DNA from: Paraspadella gotoi | Taxonomy: Eukaryota; Animalia; Chaetognatha | Direction of reading: 5' to 3' | Assembly (NCBI GenBank): GCA_051294375.1 | Contig: CM119268.1 | Coordinates: forward strand, 17,699,562-17,763,495 | Length of the DNA stretch: 63,934 nucleotides | Shown: positions 15,088-28,360 of the stretch, piece by piece | Layout of the letters: each line of letters opens with the position of its first letter | Numbering within the stretch: the stretch's first letter is position 1 | Translations under genes and position numbers: made by a program | Notes under the pieces: generated by a model | Seen by the model: the letters and a program-made list of their open reading frames with translations, nothing else | Told to the model about the DNA's origin: nothing | Database searches by the model: none

Positions 15088-15474
15088 CTTCTCCTCTCTC
15101 ACTCTCTCTTTCACTCTCTCCCTCTCTCTTTCGCTCTCTCGTAAAATATGTGATCTTTAAGCAACGCAGACTCTTCCGATCGCTTCCCGCAACGGCAGAA
15201 AAATAATTTATTTATGTTATTTTTTTTTTACTCGTTTTTTTCACAGAGAAAGTTTTTTTTAAGGGTACAAGCAACTTGAAAAAAATCATATCGTTATTTA
15301 GAAAAAGAAAGGAAAGGGTGTAACTGTAAGAGTTAAGCTAATAAAAAGTAAGTGAGAAACGGTTACGACCGAAGATTAAGAGTAAAATTGTTTCAATTAA
15401 AATTCAATTCAGAGTAATTAAAATTGTCAAGAGTTTTTTACGGGTCCGAAACAGATGAGAGTAGAGAAGAAGTG

Positions 15475-15539
<65 letters not shown>

Positions 15540-16233
15540 AGAGAGAAGAGAGATCCCTTTCTTCCTACTCTCATCTGTTTCGGACCCGTAAAAACTCTTG
15601 ACAAATTTTATTTACTCTGAATTGAATTTTAATTGAAACAATTTTACTCTTAATCTTCGGTCGTAACCGTTTCTCACTTACTTTTTATTAGCTTAACTCT
15701 TACAGTTACACCCTTTCCTTTCTTTTTCTAAATAACGATATGATTTTTTTCAAGTTGCTTGTACCCTTAAAAAAAAAANNNNNNNNNNNNNNNNNNNNNN
15801 NNNNNNNNNNNNNNNNNNNNNNNNNNNNNNNNNNNNNNNNNNNNNNNNNNNNNNNNNNNNNNNNNNNNNNNNNNNNNNNNNNNNNNNNNNNNNNNNNNNN
15901 NNNNNNNNNNNNNNNNNNNNNNNNNNNNNNNNNNNNNNNNNNNNNNNNNNNNNNNNNNNNNNNNNNNNNNNNNNNNNNNNNNNNNNNNNNNNNNNNNNNN
16001 NNNNNNNNNNNNNNNNNNNNNNNNNNNNNNNNNNNNNNNNNNNNNNNNNNNNNNNNNNNNNNNNNNNNNNNNNNNNNNNNNNNNNNNNNNNCCCAAAGAA
16101 CAAATTTTGTATTTTCCCTTTTATTTCGCCAAAAGGAAAAAAAAACACGTTTTTACGATAATTCTTCAATTTTTGCTCTTTTATTTGTTTTATTATTATT
16201 TTGTATTCCGCATCAGCGGAAAAGAAGGAAAAG

Positions 16234-16303
<70 letters not shown>

Positions 16304-17178
16304 GAAGATAATGAGCGTTTTATTATTCCTTTCACGTTCGTAAGAAGAAGGAAATAAACAGAAGAAGAGAGCAATGAAATGGCGAGCGAGAGAGAAGGAG
16401 AGAGAGATGGAGAGAGAGAGATAAAAAGTCTACCTCTTTTCACTCGCATTACAATCGCGTTTAATTTGATTTATTTTTGTTCTTAAGTTGTCCGACATCT
16501 TCCGAAACAGTAAAGAGCCAAGAAATTTGAAAAATTTCTAAAAAAAAGTTTAAAATTTAAATATTATTTCCAGTTTTTCCCACGATACCGCTAAACAAAA
16601 AGCCGAAAAAAAATTTTAAAAAAGTAAAAAAATCGAAATTTCTTTTTTTCCCCCCGACTTCTCACTTGGAGTTTTTGACCTTGGGAAGAAATGAATTTTT
16701 TTTTTCAACTTCTTGATATAAAAAAGATTCGTTTTGACCTTTTTCCCCCGAAAAGATATTTTTTGGGTAAAAAAAAGTTTGAATGTCTCAAAAAAAAAAA
16801 AAAAATAAATAAAATTCGGTAGGAACTCTACCTCCCCCCTTAAAAAAGAGCAGTTTTTAATGTCTTATTTTTTATATTTTTTAAAAGTTTTTTTTAAACG
16901 CCTGTAAATATTTTCCAGGACTTGAGCATAAATCATTTCATGAGTATCGATTTCTGCAAAATAAAAAAAAAAAATAAAAAATTGAAAGAAACTGGATCGT
17001 TAAGAATCAAAACGTGAGATCGGTCTACACGGAATGGAGGAGATTTTAAAGAAGCTCTTTCCCATTTTCATCCTTCCTCCTTTCCTTCCTCCTTTCCTTC
17101 CTCCTTTCCTTCCTCCTTTCCTTCCTCCTTTTCTTCTTCTTCCGCTCCATCTTCCCTCTTCTCTTCTATCTCTCTTTA
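13720..17178. repeat. ~1.7 kb inverted duplication (arms ~13720-15470 and ~15555-17178) centred on a (GA)n tract
   Basis: 15253-15470 is the reverse complement of 15555-15778, and 13720-14836 of 16092-17178. Differences are mostly small indels. Confidence 0.92.
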
Positions 17179-17308
17179 TCCCCTTCTCTTCTTCCACCTC
17201 TCTTCCTCCCTTACCCTTCCTTTTTGTGATCTTTCTCTTCCTCTTCTCTCTCATTTCCTCCCTCCCCCTCGCCCTCTTTCTCCTCCCCCTCCCCTCCCCC
17301 ACCCGCAG

Positions 17309-17632
17309 CTCCGCTTCACTTGACTCACCATCACGTGACTCTCGCCTCCGTTCCTCATCTATCCTCTTCCTCTTCCTCGTCCTCATCGGCTCCAGCGACG
17401 CTTCACCATCAGCCTCCGCATCATCATCATCATCCCCAGCCCCATCAACATCATCCCCATCACACTCATCCCCATATTCATCCGCATCACGTGACCCTAG
17501 CTCCGCAACAGCAACTACAAGCGGCAGCAGCGGCAGCAGCAGCAGTAACTCCGGTCACGCCCACCGTCGTCGCTGCAGCACCGCCCGTCCTAGAGGCAGC
17601 AGTAGCCGCAGCAGCAACTCCGTCCGCCGTCG
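17309..17632 (+). CDS. shep: shep/RBMS exon: His/Ser/Gln/Ala-rich low-complexity N-terminus
   Basis: C-rich acceptor ...cccccacccgcag and donor G|GTGAGT. Open 324-nt frame PLHLTHHHVTLAS...HHHHHPQPH...QQQLQAAAAAAAA...TPSAV, phase 1-1. Confidence 0.8.
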
Positions 17633-18130
17633 GTGAGTTCGTCAAGGGTTTGAAGTGTGATACCGTGTGAGAAAGTGTGTGTAAAGTGTGTCGCAGAGAA
17701 AAAATTGTAACCCTTAACCTTACAAGCATAAAATCAACTACAAAAGTATAAAATCGTAAAGCTGAGAAGAAAAAATTCGAAAACTAATTAAATTTATTGA
17801 AAAAAACATAAAGATACTGTAAATAAAATATGCTAATTATTCTACGTTCCTTCTACCTTCCTACCTTCCTTTTATCACGAATCATTTTCCGGTGCAAGTT
17901 TTTTTTTTTTTTTTTGAGGGGGTTTAAAAAGATACATAATTCGCCGGTTGTCTGTTCTCCCCCCCCCCTTGGTTTTTCGCACTTGGGCCAGTTTTTTTTT
18001 CTTTTTTTCTTTCTTTTTCTTTCGAATTAAACATTAAACAGGATCTTTATTCTCGTGCCAATTTCCCCGCCATTGCCAGACCGCATCGATAGGCGGTCGT
18101 GAATAGGACCCAGATATACAAACCTAGAAA

Positions 18131-18165
<35 letters not shown>

Positions 18166-18178
18166 CGAGAGAGAGGGA

Positions 18179-18221
<43 letters not shown>

Positions 18222-18408
18222 TATTTTATTAAGTTTCGTCGACTAAAACGATGAGCATAAAAAGCGGCATAATTCCGACGCAACGACAGAGTCAGAGGGG
18301 AAAGGCTCTGGAGATAGGGAGGGACAGAAAAACAGAAAAAGATAGATGAAGAGATACATAAATGCGGAAAGACCTCCCATCACGCCGGTTATTATATGGC
18401 ACAGCCTG

Positions 18409-18461
<53 letters not shown>

Positions 18462-19627
18462 TTACTTTTTCTCTGGTTTTTCTCACACGGAAATTCGAGC
18501 CTTTGTACGTTTTCGCATTTTCCCTTTTCCTTCCGAAGAAATAAAGTTGACAACCAATCACAGCGCAGGCTCGTCTTTCGAGCAAACAGTTATTTCAAAT
18601 TAAACTTTTTTAAAAGAAAATTAATTAAAAAAAGTTTTAGTTAAATTTCTACGACTTGTTGAAAATCGGAGAAGAATTGCAAACTTTACTTTACCGAGTT
18701 ACTTTTTCTAAGAACCTATTGGTTTTCCTTATCCAACGCTTCTATTTTTTTTTAAATTTTCGTCCTTCCACATGCCACACCCATTGGACTTTAGTCAGTG
18801 AGACTCAACAATGATAAATTTTCGAAATAATCAATCAAATAAACAATCACTTAATTACTAAAACACGATCAAACAATATCAACTATGCGTGTATCACGAA
18901 ATTGGAGAGGCATTAAACCTTAATTCCCGTGACAAAAAAATATCTTTAGTTTAATTCAAGGGTGGAAACCGATTAAAGGTTTTAAGGCGAGAATAAAAGA
19001 CGTTTAAAGCGACAATAATGAACTTTGAGAGCGAGAAACAGGGCACGTTAAAATCGACGTTAAAATTTGATCTTGTCCTAAACGACTTGACGATGACAGC
19101 GACGACAGTGATGCGATGAGAGTGAAGCGATGACATAGATGCGATGAGAGTGATGTGATGTCAGTGATCCAGTGACATCTACCGGCCTAATTTCGGCGGT
19201 CCCTGACCCCGCTGGACCCTGAAATGGTTTCTTAAAAAAAGTTAAAAATTTTCAGTTGATTTAATCGCGCGATCAAACCTTTTTTCAGGATCGAGCCTCT
19301 TCCAAAGGGCGGGGCTACAGTCGCTTTTAAAGGCGTACGGAAAGACCCCCGGGGACTAATTTGGTCATTGGTTGAACTTAAATTTTTAAAATTGTTTTTA
19401 GAGAAAAACAGCCTTACGAAAAACAATAAAACAAATAAATTGCAAATGTCTTAACTCGTACTTTCGCTAATTATTTTTTTCCGTCGTACTACTAAATTAA
19501 ATTTAACCGCGATTTTTTTTTCTTTATAACTTAAGTAACTTACGTTAGGGTCATCGACTGAATCTCCAAACTTTTCATGTTTTAACTTTTGTCTTTTCTT
19601 CTTTAGGTTATTACAATTCATTTAATA

Positions 19628-20594
19628 CAGGGGCGGCGAGAGAAATGGCGGGCCTCTCCATTGGCCCCCTGGGCGCCCCCCCCCCGCTCTCCATAATTTT
19701 AGTTTTTAGTTTTCTATTATCGACTTTCTGCCTTGAAAATTGCTCCAGTGCTCAAACTTCTGCCTCCAGGACTTGCAACCTGGCATTGGTCTTTTACTGA
19801 GACAGTTTTTTTTAAATCACAATCATTGTGCCTCTCCTCTAGTCTGAGCGAGGGGTCTAAATCTGTTAATCCTTCTGACTCGATGAGATTTAGCGCTTAG
19901 TTTTAACCATGAGCAACAATAGAGATAAGGTTATATATCACAATCACAATCATTGAGCTTCTTTTCTAGACTGAACGAGGGGTCTTAATTAGTTTAACCT
20001 TCCGAGTTCCGAATATAAAAAATATAGCTCTAATTTTTAATCATTACAGGCTGTACTGTAAAAAGATTTAGGAAAACAAAGAAAATGGAAAGAACCTAGT
20101 TGAGTCACTCTAACAATTTCCACAAGATACTATGGCAACGCAGGGACATGTATGATGACTGGGGAGTGAGGCATCTCGCAACAGCTGGCGCTCAGTCTGT
20201 TGGACCTGCAGTGACCACCCCATGTCACTGACGTGTTTATTCCAACACCATCACACTTTAACCAGCGTGACCGTGAGGGGATTGAACCCGGAACTCACGG
20301 TTGGTAAACGAGTACTTAGCTGTCCAAGCCAATGGGACGAGCTGAGTTTCACCAAGCTATACGGGAGGCGAATTTAGGATTCGCCACAATACACATTTTT
20401 ATGAGAAAAATTCAATCAAAATCATTGTGCCTTTTATCCAATCTGAACGAGAGGTCTGAATTAGTCAGCCCTTCTCACTTCTTTTTTTTCTTTTCTTTCC
20501 TTCTTTATTTCTCTCTTCTCAGGGGCCCTCCCGGCCCCCTCTGGGGCCCTGGCCCCTCGCCTGGGACGAGGGTGTCCCCCCTTTCCCCGCCTTG
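19628..20594. mobile_element. hAT-like non-autonomous DNA transposon (MITE-like)
   Basis: Imperfect TIRs CAGGGGCGGCGAGAG / CTTTCCCCGCCTTG and GC-rich GGGCCC subterminal blocks at both ends. The flanking 8-mers ATTTAATA / ACATAATA match at 6/8 as a decayed TSD. Three internal ~64-bp repeats. Confidence 0.7.
20130..20342 (-). mobile_element. tRNA-derived SINE-like fragment nested in the hAT-like element
   Basis: The minus strand reads gctcgtcccatTGGCTTGGACAGctaagtactcgtttaccaaccgtgagttccGGGTTCAATCCcct: an A-box-like motif (20331-20320) and a B-box (20288-20279) at tRNA-like spacing, followed by a non-tRNA body. The 3' boundary is approximate. Confidence 0.6.
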
Positions 20595-21137
20595 ACATAA
20601 TATTTATATAATATATATATATTTCATCTTTGACTAGTGTTGTTTGGTTCAAGTTTTTAATATTTTTTTTCCTTTTTCCGATTTTTTTCCCTCTTGTTTC
20701 CTTTTTTTATGTCCCTTTTTTTCTCTCGTTTTACCAATTTTCTTTTATTCATTTCGTTTTTCCTATTTTTCCACTTTTTTTCTCATTTCTTTCTTTTTTT
20801 CTCTTTTTCTTCCTTACTTCCTTTTTTTCGCTTTTTTTCCCTTTTTCTTTTCGATTTTCTCCCAAAATCTAATCAGAATCTTTTCATCCGCTCCTCGGGG
20901 TCTCCACTCGCTCTCTCGCCTTCAAGCCCGCCTCTATAAAAATTGAACTAATTCTCTCTCCCTCGCTCTCTCTCTGTCTTTTTCTCCCTTTCTTTCCCTC
21001 TTTTTATTTCAAATGATTTCTTATCCCAACAAAATACATGCGAATAAGGTTTTCACGATTCATTGATTAACTTTCTCGTTTTGCGTTTGACATTTATGAA
21101 TCTTAAACTTCGATCTAACCTTTCTTCGAGATTATTT

Positions 21138-21187
<50 letters not shown>

Positions 21188-21484
21188 TCTCTCTTCCTCT
21201 CTCTTCCTCTCTCTCCCTCTCTTTTCATACTTTTTTCTCCCTCTTTGCGACATTCCTCTGGCATTCATTGTTGGCAAATATCAAAATCCATCGAACTGAT
21301 TTTCAACCTCAAGTTTATGCTAAATATTTGAATGATGAATAAGACAAAATCAATCGAATTTTTTTAAAAATTCGTGGATAAAAAAAACTATGATCGAAAA
21401 TATTACACAGAGTTTTATGTATAATGCAATCATTCCTTTTGACCATTGACATGTCTTTAAATTCTTTAAAAATTATTAAATTGG

Positions 21485-21579
21485 TACAACCAATATAAAA
21501 ATTATCCATTCTTTTAATATATAAGCTATCTTGCCCCTGAATTTGGACAGTCTTTGGTGGTTTAAGGCCTCAATCACTC
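21485..21579 (+). repeat. Dispersed repeat, copy 2 (copy 1 at 5969-6062)
   Basis: The same ~95-bp sequence in direct orientation. Confidence 0.85.
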
Positions 21580-21915
21580 TTACAAGACAATGACATAGCA
21601 GGTCCCTTCGAGCTCTCAATCAAGACACAGTTTCGTTTATTCACTCCCAGAGTACCTGGCTTCCTTATCAATGAAGTGGTATAATGTATAATGTATTCTT
21701 ATTTCATTGGTACGTACGGAAGGCCGTTTTCTCTCTCTCTCTCTCTCTTCTCTCACACCTGAAGGGAGTTTCTCCCTTTTTCAATTTTGTTTTCTCCTTC
21801 CGAAAATCGGGAATCTCTAGGGAGATGTTTTCCCTCGAATTCGGGCGCCGAGTCTCGCGTCTCGAGCGAAGAGAATTCAAGATGGAATCTCCTGATCTTT
21901 CCACAAACAATGAGA

Positions 21916-21949
<34 letters not shown>

Positions 21950-22558
21950 TATTCGGCGGTCGCTGAGCTGGCGGTGATGACTCCTTCCACAGCAAATGCC
22001 GCTGGCGCTTTCCCTCGGGCCACCCAAGTCAAATCAGCTCCAAATAAGACTGACGCAAGTGGCGACGTCGTGACGCTGTCGTTTGTGGCTCCGGCCTGAA
22101 GATTGCCATCTTGTTTTTCACTTTCTCTGTTCCAAATCCCGCGCGTTGCACGCGTAACTGTTTTTTTTACGTGCGTCTGTTTCGCACGCGCTCGCACGCG
22201 CTCGCAATCGTTCCGCGCGATTTGTTACGAGAAATCGTTGTTTTCGCTTCTTTCCTCCGAATCTTCGCCTCAACTCTTCAATAATTAAAAGGAGTTGGGA
22301 TTTTCTGGCGTCGAGAAATCTGCTNNNNNNNNNNNNNNNNNNNNNNNNNNNNNNNNNNNNNNNNNNNNNNNNNNNNNNNNNNNNNNNNNNNNNNNNNNNN
22401 NNNNNNNNNNNNNNNNNNNNNNNNNNNNNNNNNNNNNNNNNNNNNNNNNNNNNNNNNNNNNNNNNNNNNNNNNNNNNNNNNNNNNNNNNNNNNNNNNNNN
22501 NNNNNNNNNNNNNNNNNNNNNNNNNNNNNNNNNNNNNNNNNNNNNNNNNNNNNNNNNN

Positions 22559-22621
22559 CAGTCGGTGGCAGTCGGTGGCAGTGAGTTGCAGTCCGTGGCA
22601 GTGAGTTGCGGTCAGTAGCAG
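22559..22621. repeat. 10-bp minisatellite (cagtcggtgg / cagtgagttg) abutting a gap
   Basis: Direct reading. It probably extends into the N gap at 22325-22558. Confidence 0.8.
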
Positions 22622-25600
22622 AATTACATTTAAGTTTGCCTGACATACATAACGACACAATTTAGTTAAAAACTAAAAATGTCATGGTTCATCACATGAC
22701 AGTGTTCGTGAGTCTTTTTTAAAGATTATTATAGCATCCGTCTTAAAGGCAATAATGCTTAAGAATTGATTCTGGTTTAAAATTGTATATCAATCACCTT
22801 CAATCCTTCGCCGGAGTCAACGATCTCACCATCCTCAATCCGCCCAACGCCACCACCTCGTCCACATCCCACTTCCCCTCTAATACCCACCCCTTCCATC
22901 CCCCACTTTCGCCTTGAATCCGCCCTTGGTTCGCCTTTGGTTCACCGATCGCTGGCTGAATCACTCATCCGCGAAAACAGGAAAGGGAAGCGTCGTTAAA
23001 AATAGAAACGAGTCATCATAAGACGACGACGAAGACGACGACGATCGAGACGATAAAGACGACGACGACGAAGTGGAGGAAGACAAAGACGACGAAGACG
23101 AAGCTAAGAATGACAAAGACGATGATAAGAAGGAATATTATGAAGAAGATTATGATTTTAATAATGACGAAGACAACGATGTCGCTCATGACGACGGTTT
23201 CGTAATGATGAAAATGATAATGGTGCGTCCGATGACAGTCTTTGTCACTACCAAAGATTTTTGGCTGAAATGACAAAAATCTCGGAGATGGTTACGATAA
23301 TGACTACTACAAGACACACACAACACACAAAGACCGTCCCCACATTAACCACATAACGACCGCGCCAACGACGACCGCGCCGAGGATGAAGCCACGCGAA
23401 AAAACTAATTTGCATATCGGAGTAGAAGAAACCGGAAGATTTTCCTCCTTTCTCGAAACCAATAAAAGGGATTTTTTTCCTTTTTTTCTTTTTTTCTTTT
23501 CTCTCTTTCTCCTTTCGTTCTTTCATCTATTCTGTTCAAGAAGAAAAACTTTGCAACGCAAATGACATTTCATATAATGAGTTTAAATGTAATCTTTGTT
23601 TATTAATTATAATAAGTGATTTCTCAATTTGATTTAAAACCCCAAAAAATATACTTAAATATAAATTCTTCCGTTATTTTGGCTGATTTAGTAATCTGTC
23701 AAATAGTTTAAATAATTATTTACTATTATAGTTTATTATTATTGTTTTTGCCATAGAAAAAAATCTTTTTTAGATTTCGTTTCAAAAAAGACGACGACGC
23801 TGACGACGACGCATACGACGACGACGAGTGACTCCTTCCTGTGTTTGCGTCGTTTTCTTGGCTCCGACTCTTGAACAACTCGTTACGATGACCGACCGAC
23901 CGAGGGAGCGGCCGATGTTGTACAGGTTTTCCTCCCTTCTCTTCACCAACTCCTCCCTCCCATCACCATCTCTACGCAGGCTCCTGTTTCGTCGACTTCA
24001 TCTCTACTCTCCCTCACTTACCCAATCTCCCGACTTACCAAATTCCATCTCCCGACCTCACCTGACCTCACCCGACGGCTTCAATCCTCAATTATCCCAA
24101 AACATCACAAACTCTTTTCCTGCGTAACTTTTTTCCTCCGTTCTTCACCCGCGATCTATCACAACTCAGGACTTCCTTTAGCGCCACTCTCCTTTTTTCT
24201 ATCGTTTTTTCTGTTTTGACTTGACAATATTGTTGTACAGCGTACGCTTGCGAATCTGCTACAACCATCGAAAGGTTCCTTCCAATCAAACCAGTTCAAT
24301 TTTTCCCATTCGTCTCCCGTCATTTCTTTTCTCGCTTCCAAACTTCACCCAATCACAGGTCAACTCTCACATTTTCCTCGATCCAATATCTACTTTATTT
24401 CTCACCTCTTCCTCCTTCCAATATTCCACCTTTTTTTTCCTTACTTCCTCCAGGTTCGTCCAGATCACTTTCCTTTTATTTTTCTATTCTCAACTGCCCC
24501 ACATTTTACTCCNNNNNNNNNNNNNNNNNNNNNNNNNNNNNNNNNNNNNNNNNNNNNNNNNNNNNNNNNNNNNNNNNNNNNNNNNNNNNNNNNNNNNNNN
24601 NNNNNNNNNNNNNNNNNNNNNNNNNNNNNNNNNNNNNNNNNNNNNNNNNNNNNNNNNNNNNNNNNNNNNNNNNNNNNNNNNNNNNNNNNNNNNNNNNNNN
24701 NNNNNNNNNNNNNNNNNNNNNNNNNNNNNNNNNNNNNNNNNNNNNNNNNNNNNNNNNNNNNNNNNNNNNNNNNNNNNNNNAAAAAAAAGAGTAAAAACAA
24801 AAGAGCTAGAATGGGATGCAGGAAATTCCGTTTTGAGACGAGAAAGAAAGAAAAGGGAAAAAAAGATTGGAAAGAGAGTGAGAGAGAGAAAGAGAGAGAG
24901 AGAGAGAGAACAGTTTCGAATGCCTCGACACTCACCGTTTTTCTGAAAGAGAAAATATATTATCATTGATCATTCCTTGCAAAACGTAGAGAAAATTGTA
25001 ATAACAATACAATCTGAATAACAAAAAAAATTTATGAAGATAACAAACACAAAAAAATAAAACTAGAACGAATATGGTTGACAAAAGATGGAGAGAAAAC
25101 AACAAAATAGAAAAATAAAAGAATACGATTAAAAAACAAAAAGAGGGAAAAAGGAAATTAATTCTCGTGTCCTTGGAAGCCGATGAGAGAGAGAGAGAGA
25201 GNNNNNNNNNNNNNNNNNNNNNNNNNNNNNNNNNNNNNNNNNNNNNNNNNNNNNNNNNNNNNNNNNNNNNNNNNNNNNNNNNNNNNNNNNNNNNNNNNNN
25301 NNNNNNNNNNNNNNNNNNNNNNNNNNNNNNNGAGAGAGAGAGAGAGAACGAGCAAAAAGAATGGCAATGTGCCCTCATACTGTGATTAGAGCGTTCATCT
25401 GCGTATAAAACCCATTAACCGGTTTTGCAAGAAGAGAGAAGCGATTTTGTCTTGAGTTTTTGATTTGCTATTTTGCTATCATTGATTTTTAACGAGATTT
25501 GCATCTGCAAATCTTGCGTTGATTGCGCGAGTTGTTATAAGAAATTCACTGCCGGGCGTTTGTAAATACTGCTAATTGAAACGATGTTAAAAACCAAATA

Positions 25601-26256
25601 TTCCTATCGTTTGAAAATATACGGTTTTTTTTTTCATATTCGTCACGATTCTTTAAATAATTTTATCCCAAGTAAAATGATGCGACCAACAAAATGTAAC
25701 AATAAAATCAACACGTAATAACTTCGCCTCGATCCCACGTCTTTCCGGGTCTCAATTGTCACGAAGTTTTTTTGTTTTTTTTATTTCGATGTTTCGCGTC
25801 TATTTTTTTCTCACTCTCGCCCATCACAAAGTTTGTGATTGATTCATCCTTAAGTGAGTGAAACCTCAGCCTCCTCACTACGCTTGAGACTTTCTTTTCA
25901 AAGTGAAGGAAGTTAAAAAATTGGGGTCAAACGTTAAGTGTGATTGGGTCAAGAGCTTTTTAGCTTTTAGGTCGAATTCCGACGCCTGCAAAACCCATTA
26001 GACGAATTTCTTTTTTTATTTTTTTTCTGTTTCAGATTTTTTTATTTTCATCTTTAAGAAATAGTGACACACTTACGAGTCAAACATGATGACATATAAC
26101 CNNNNNNNNNNNNNNNNNNNNNNNNNNNNNNNNNNNNNNNNNNNNNNNNNNNNNAATTTTTGTTTTGTTTTCATGATAAAATCCATAGGGATAATTATTT
26201 TGACTTTCTAATGATATTCAATAGATTTCCTAAAACGATGCTGTTTTGTTCTTCAG

Positions 26257-26391
26257 TGAAATCTCAATCGGCTTCGTCGACTTCGGCGCCTCTGGTGTTG
26301 TCTTCTATCGTCTCGGCGCCGACGACGATTGCCGACAAAACAACAACAAATCATCTTTCAAACGGCGTCAACATTAAAGCCACCACCACAG
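26257..26391 (+). CDS. shep: shep/RBMS exon: Ser/Thr-rich linker (VKSQSASSTSAPLVLSS...KATTT)
   Basis: Acceptor ctgttttgttcttcag and donor G|GTGAGA. 135 nt, phase 1-1, joins both neighbouring exons in frame. Confidence 0.75.
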
Positions 26392-28320
26392 GTGAGACCA
26401 GGATTAGAGTCTCTCTCTCTCTCTNNNNNNNNNNNNNNNNNNNNNNNNNNNNNNNNNNNNNNNNNNNNNNNNNNNNNNNNNNNNNNNNNNNNNNNNNNNN
26501 NNNNNNNNNNNNNNNNNNNNNNNNNNNNNNNNNNNNNNNNNNNNNNNNNNNNNNNNNNNNNNNNNNNNNNNNNNNNTTTTTTTCTTTCTTTGATTTTTCT
26601 CTCCTTTTTTATAAATTCTCAATCCATTTATGGCTCGTTCTTTCACTCTGAATTTTTACATATCTTTATTTCTTTCTTTCATTATTTCTTTCTTTTTTTC
26701 TTCCTTTATTTTTTTTCCTTTCTATTAAATCCATATTTACAAAGGATCACTTTTTTATTATTTTTCTCTTTCCTTGATTCCTCCATTTGGGAAAAAATGA
26801 AAAGGAAAAGGAAAAATCCTTGGCTTCTTTTGATTTAGCGTCTCTATCGTCTCCCTAGGGTCCTTTTCAAAAACGCGTCCCTCTGGTGGTGATTGATGGC
26901 AACTGAATAAAGATAAACAAAAATCTCATACAGTAGAAAAATGAACAGTTTTTTTTTCTTTCTCTCATTACTGAGAGAACAAGGACAGGAAACGATATTT
27001 TTTATGGTGGATGATGTAATACGAATGAATAACGAGAGGAAGAGAATAGAATAATTTGTTACTAATTGTAACTAATATTTGTTAGGAGCTAAGAAAAGGG
27101 GAAATAAACAGAGATATTTTTTAAAAAATACGTTGACAACATGAGGTAATTCAGATGTGTTGCGCCGCAGTGACTGCCTTATCACGAGTATTTCTTGTGA
27201 CATTACATGACATGACGTTACATGACATGAAATAAGCTAGCAGACACTTAGATTTTAGGTTTTTTCTGTCTTAAGAAATAAGCAATCATCAACTATAGGC
27301 AAAATATATACATTTTTAATGTAGGTAAGACAGACTGATGGACTGACATACCGACCACCGACTGACCGACCGAAAAGTGACTTATAGAGTTGCTAAAACT
27401 AAAACTAAAAAGGGAGAAATGAAAGTAAGAAAGAAGAAAAAGAAAGAAAAAAAGAAAGAAAGAAAGAAGGAAAGAAAGAAAGAAAGAGGAAAAAAAAGAA
27501 AGAAGAAAGAAAGAAATAGGAAAGAAAGAAAGAGGAAAGAAAGTTGCTCGGGGGAGGGATGAAATCTTCGAAGGTCGCAAAACATTCGNNNNNNNNNNNN
27601 NNNNNNNNNNNNNNNNNNNNNNNNNNNNNNNNNNNNNNNNNNNNNNNNNNNNNNNNNNNNNNNNNNNNNNNNNNNNNNNNNNNNNNNNNNNNNNNNNNNN
27701 NNNNNNNNNNNNNNNNNNNNNNNNNNNNNNNNNNNNNNNNNNNNNNNNNNNNNNNNNNNNNAATAGAAAGACGAAAAATGAATGTCTTGACAAAGATGAG
27801 ACAATGATTGGTGAGAAAGTCTCGCGAGGTGAGAAGAAAAACAATGGGAAGTGAATCTTTGTTTGTTCCAACAGATTTTGTGGGTCAAAAAAAAAAAAAG
27901 AGGAAAAGGGGAACATAAACTTATTTGAAAGCTAAGTTATGTGGAAGAGAAAAAACAAGAAAGAGACTTTAAAAATGTAAAAAAAAACAAGGGATGAGAA
28001 AGAGAAAAGAAGGAAAAAAAGGTTAAGGAGAAAGAAGACCCCGGAATAAATCACAGTTTGGAATTCTCTGCTTGAGAAAAAAAAAAGAAAGGAAAGAAAA
28101 AAAAAATACGATTTTTTTGCGTTTAACTTCTATTATTGCGTCGAAATCTTTACGAGTCCTTTGACAGAAATTTTGCGGAGACTAACTTTCAAATTTTTTT
28201 TCCTCTTCTGTAGGCGAGTGGGCGGAAGTTTTAGAGGCTTTTTTAGACTTTTGTTTTTTTTTTACTTTTGGTTTACATTTCTTTATTTTTATGATTTTTC
28301 TTTCTTTCTTTTTCATCTAT

Positions 28321-28360
<40 letters not shown>

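Noticed and set aside
20268-20342. Functional tRNA gene
   Set aside because: A/B boxes are present, but there is no convincing acceptor stem or cloverleaf, and the sequence is embedded in a repeat. It is better read as a SINE head.
19815-20477. CRISPR-like spaced repeats
   Set aside because: Only three divergent ~64-bp copies with irregular spacing, inside a eukaryotic TE, and no cas genes.
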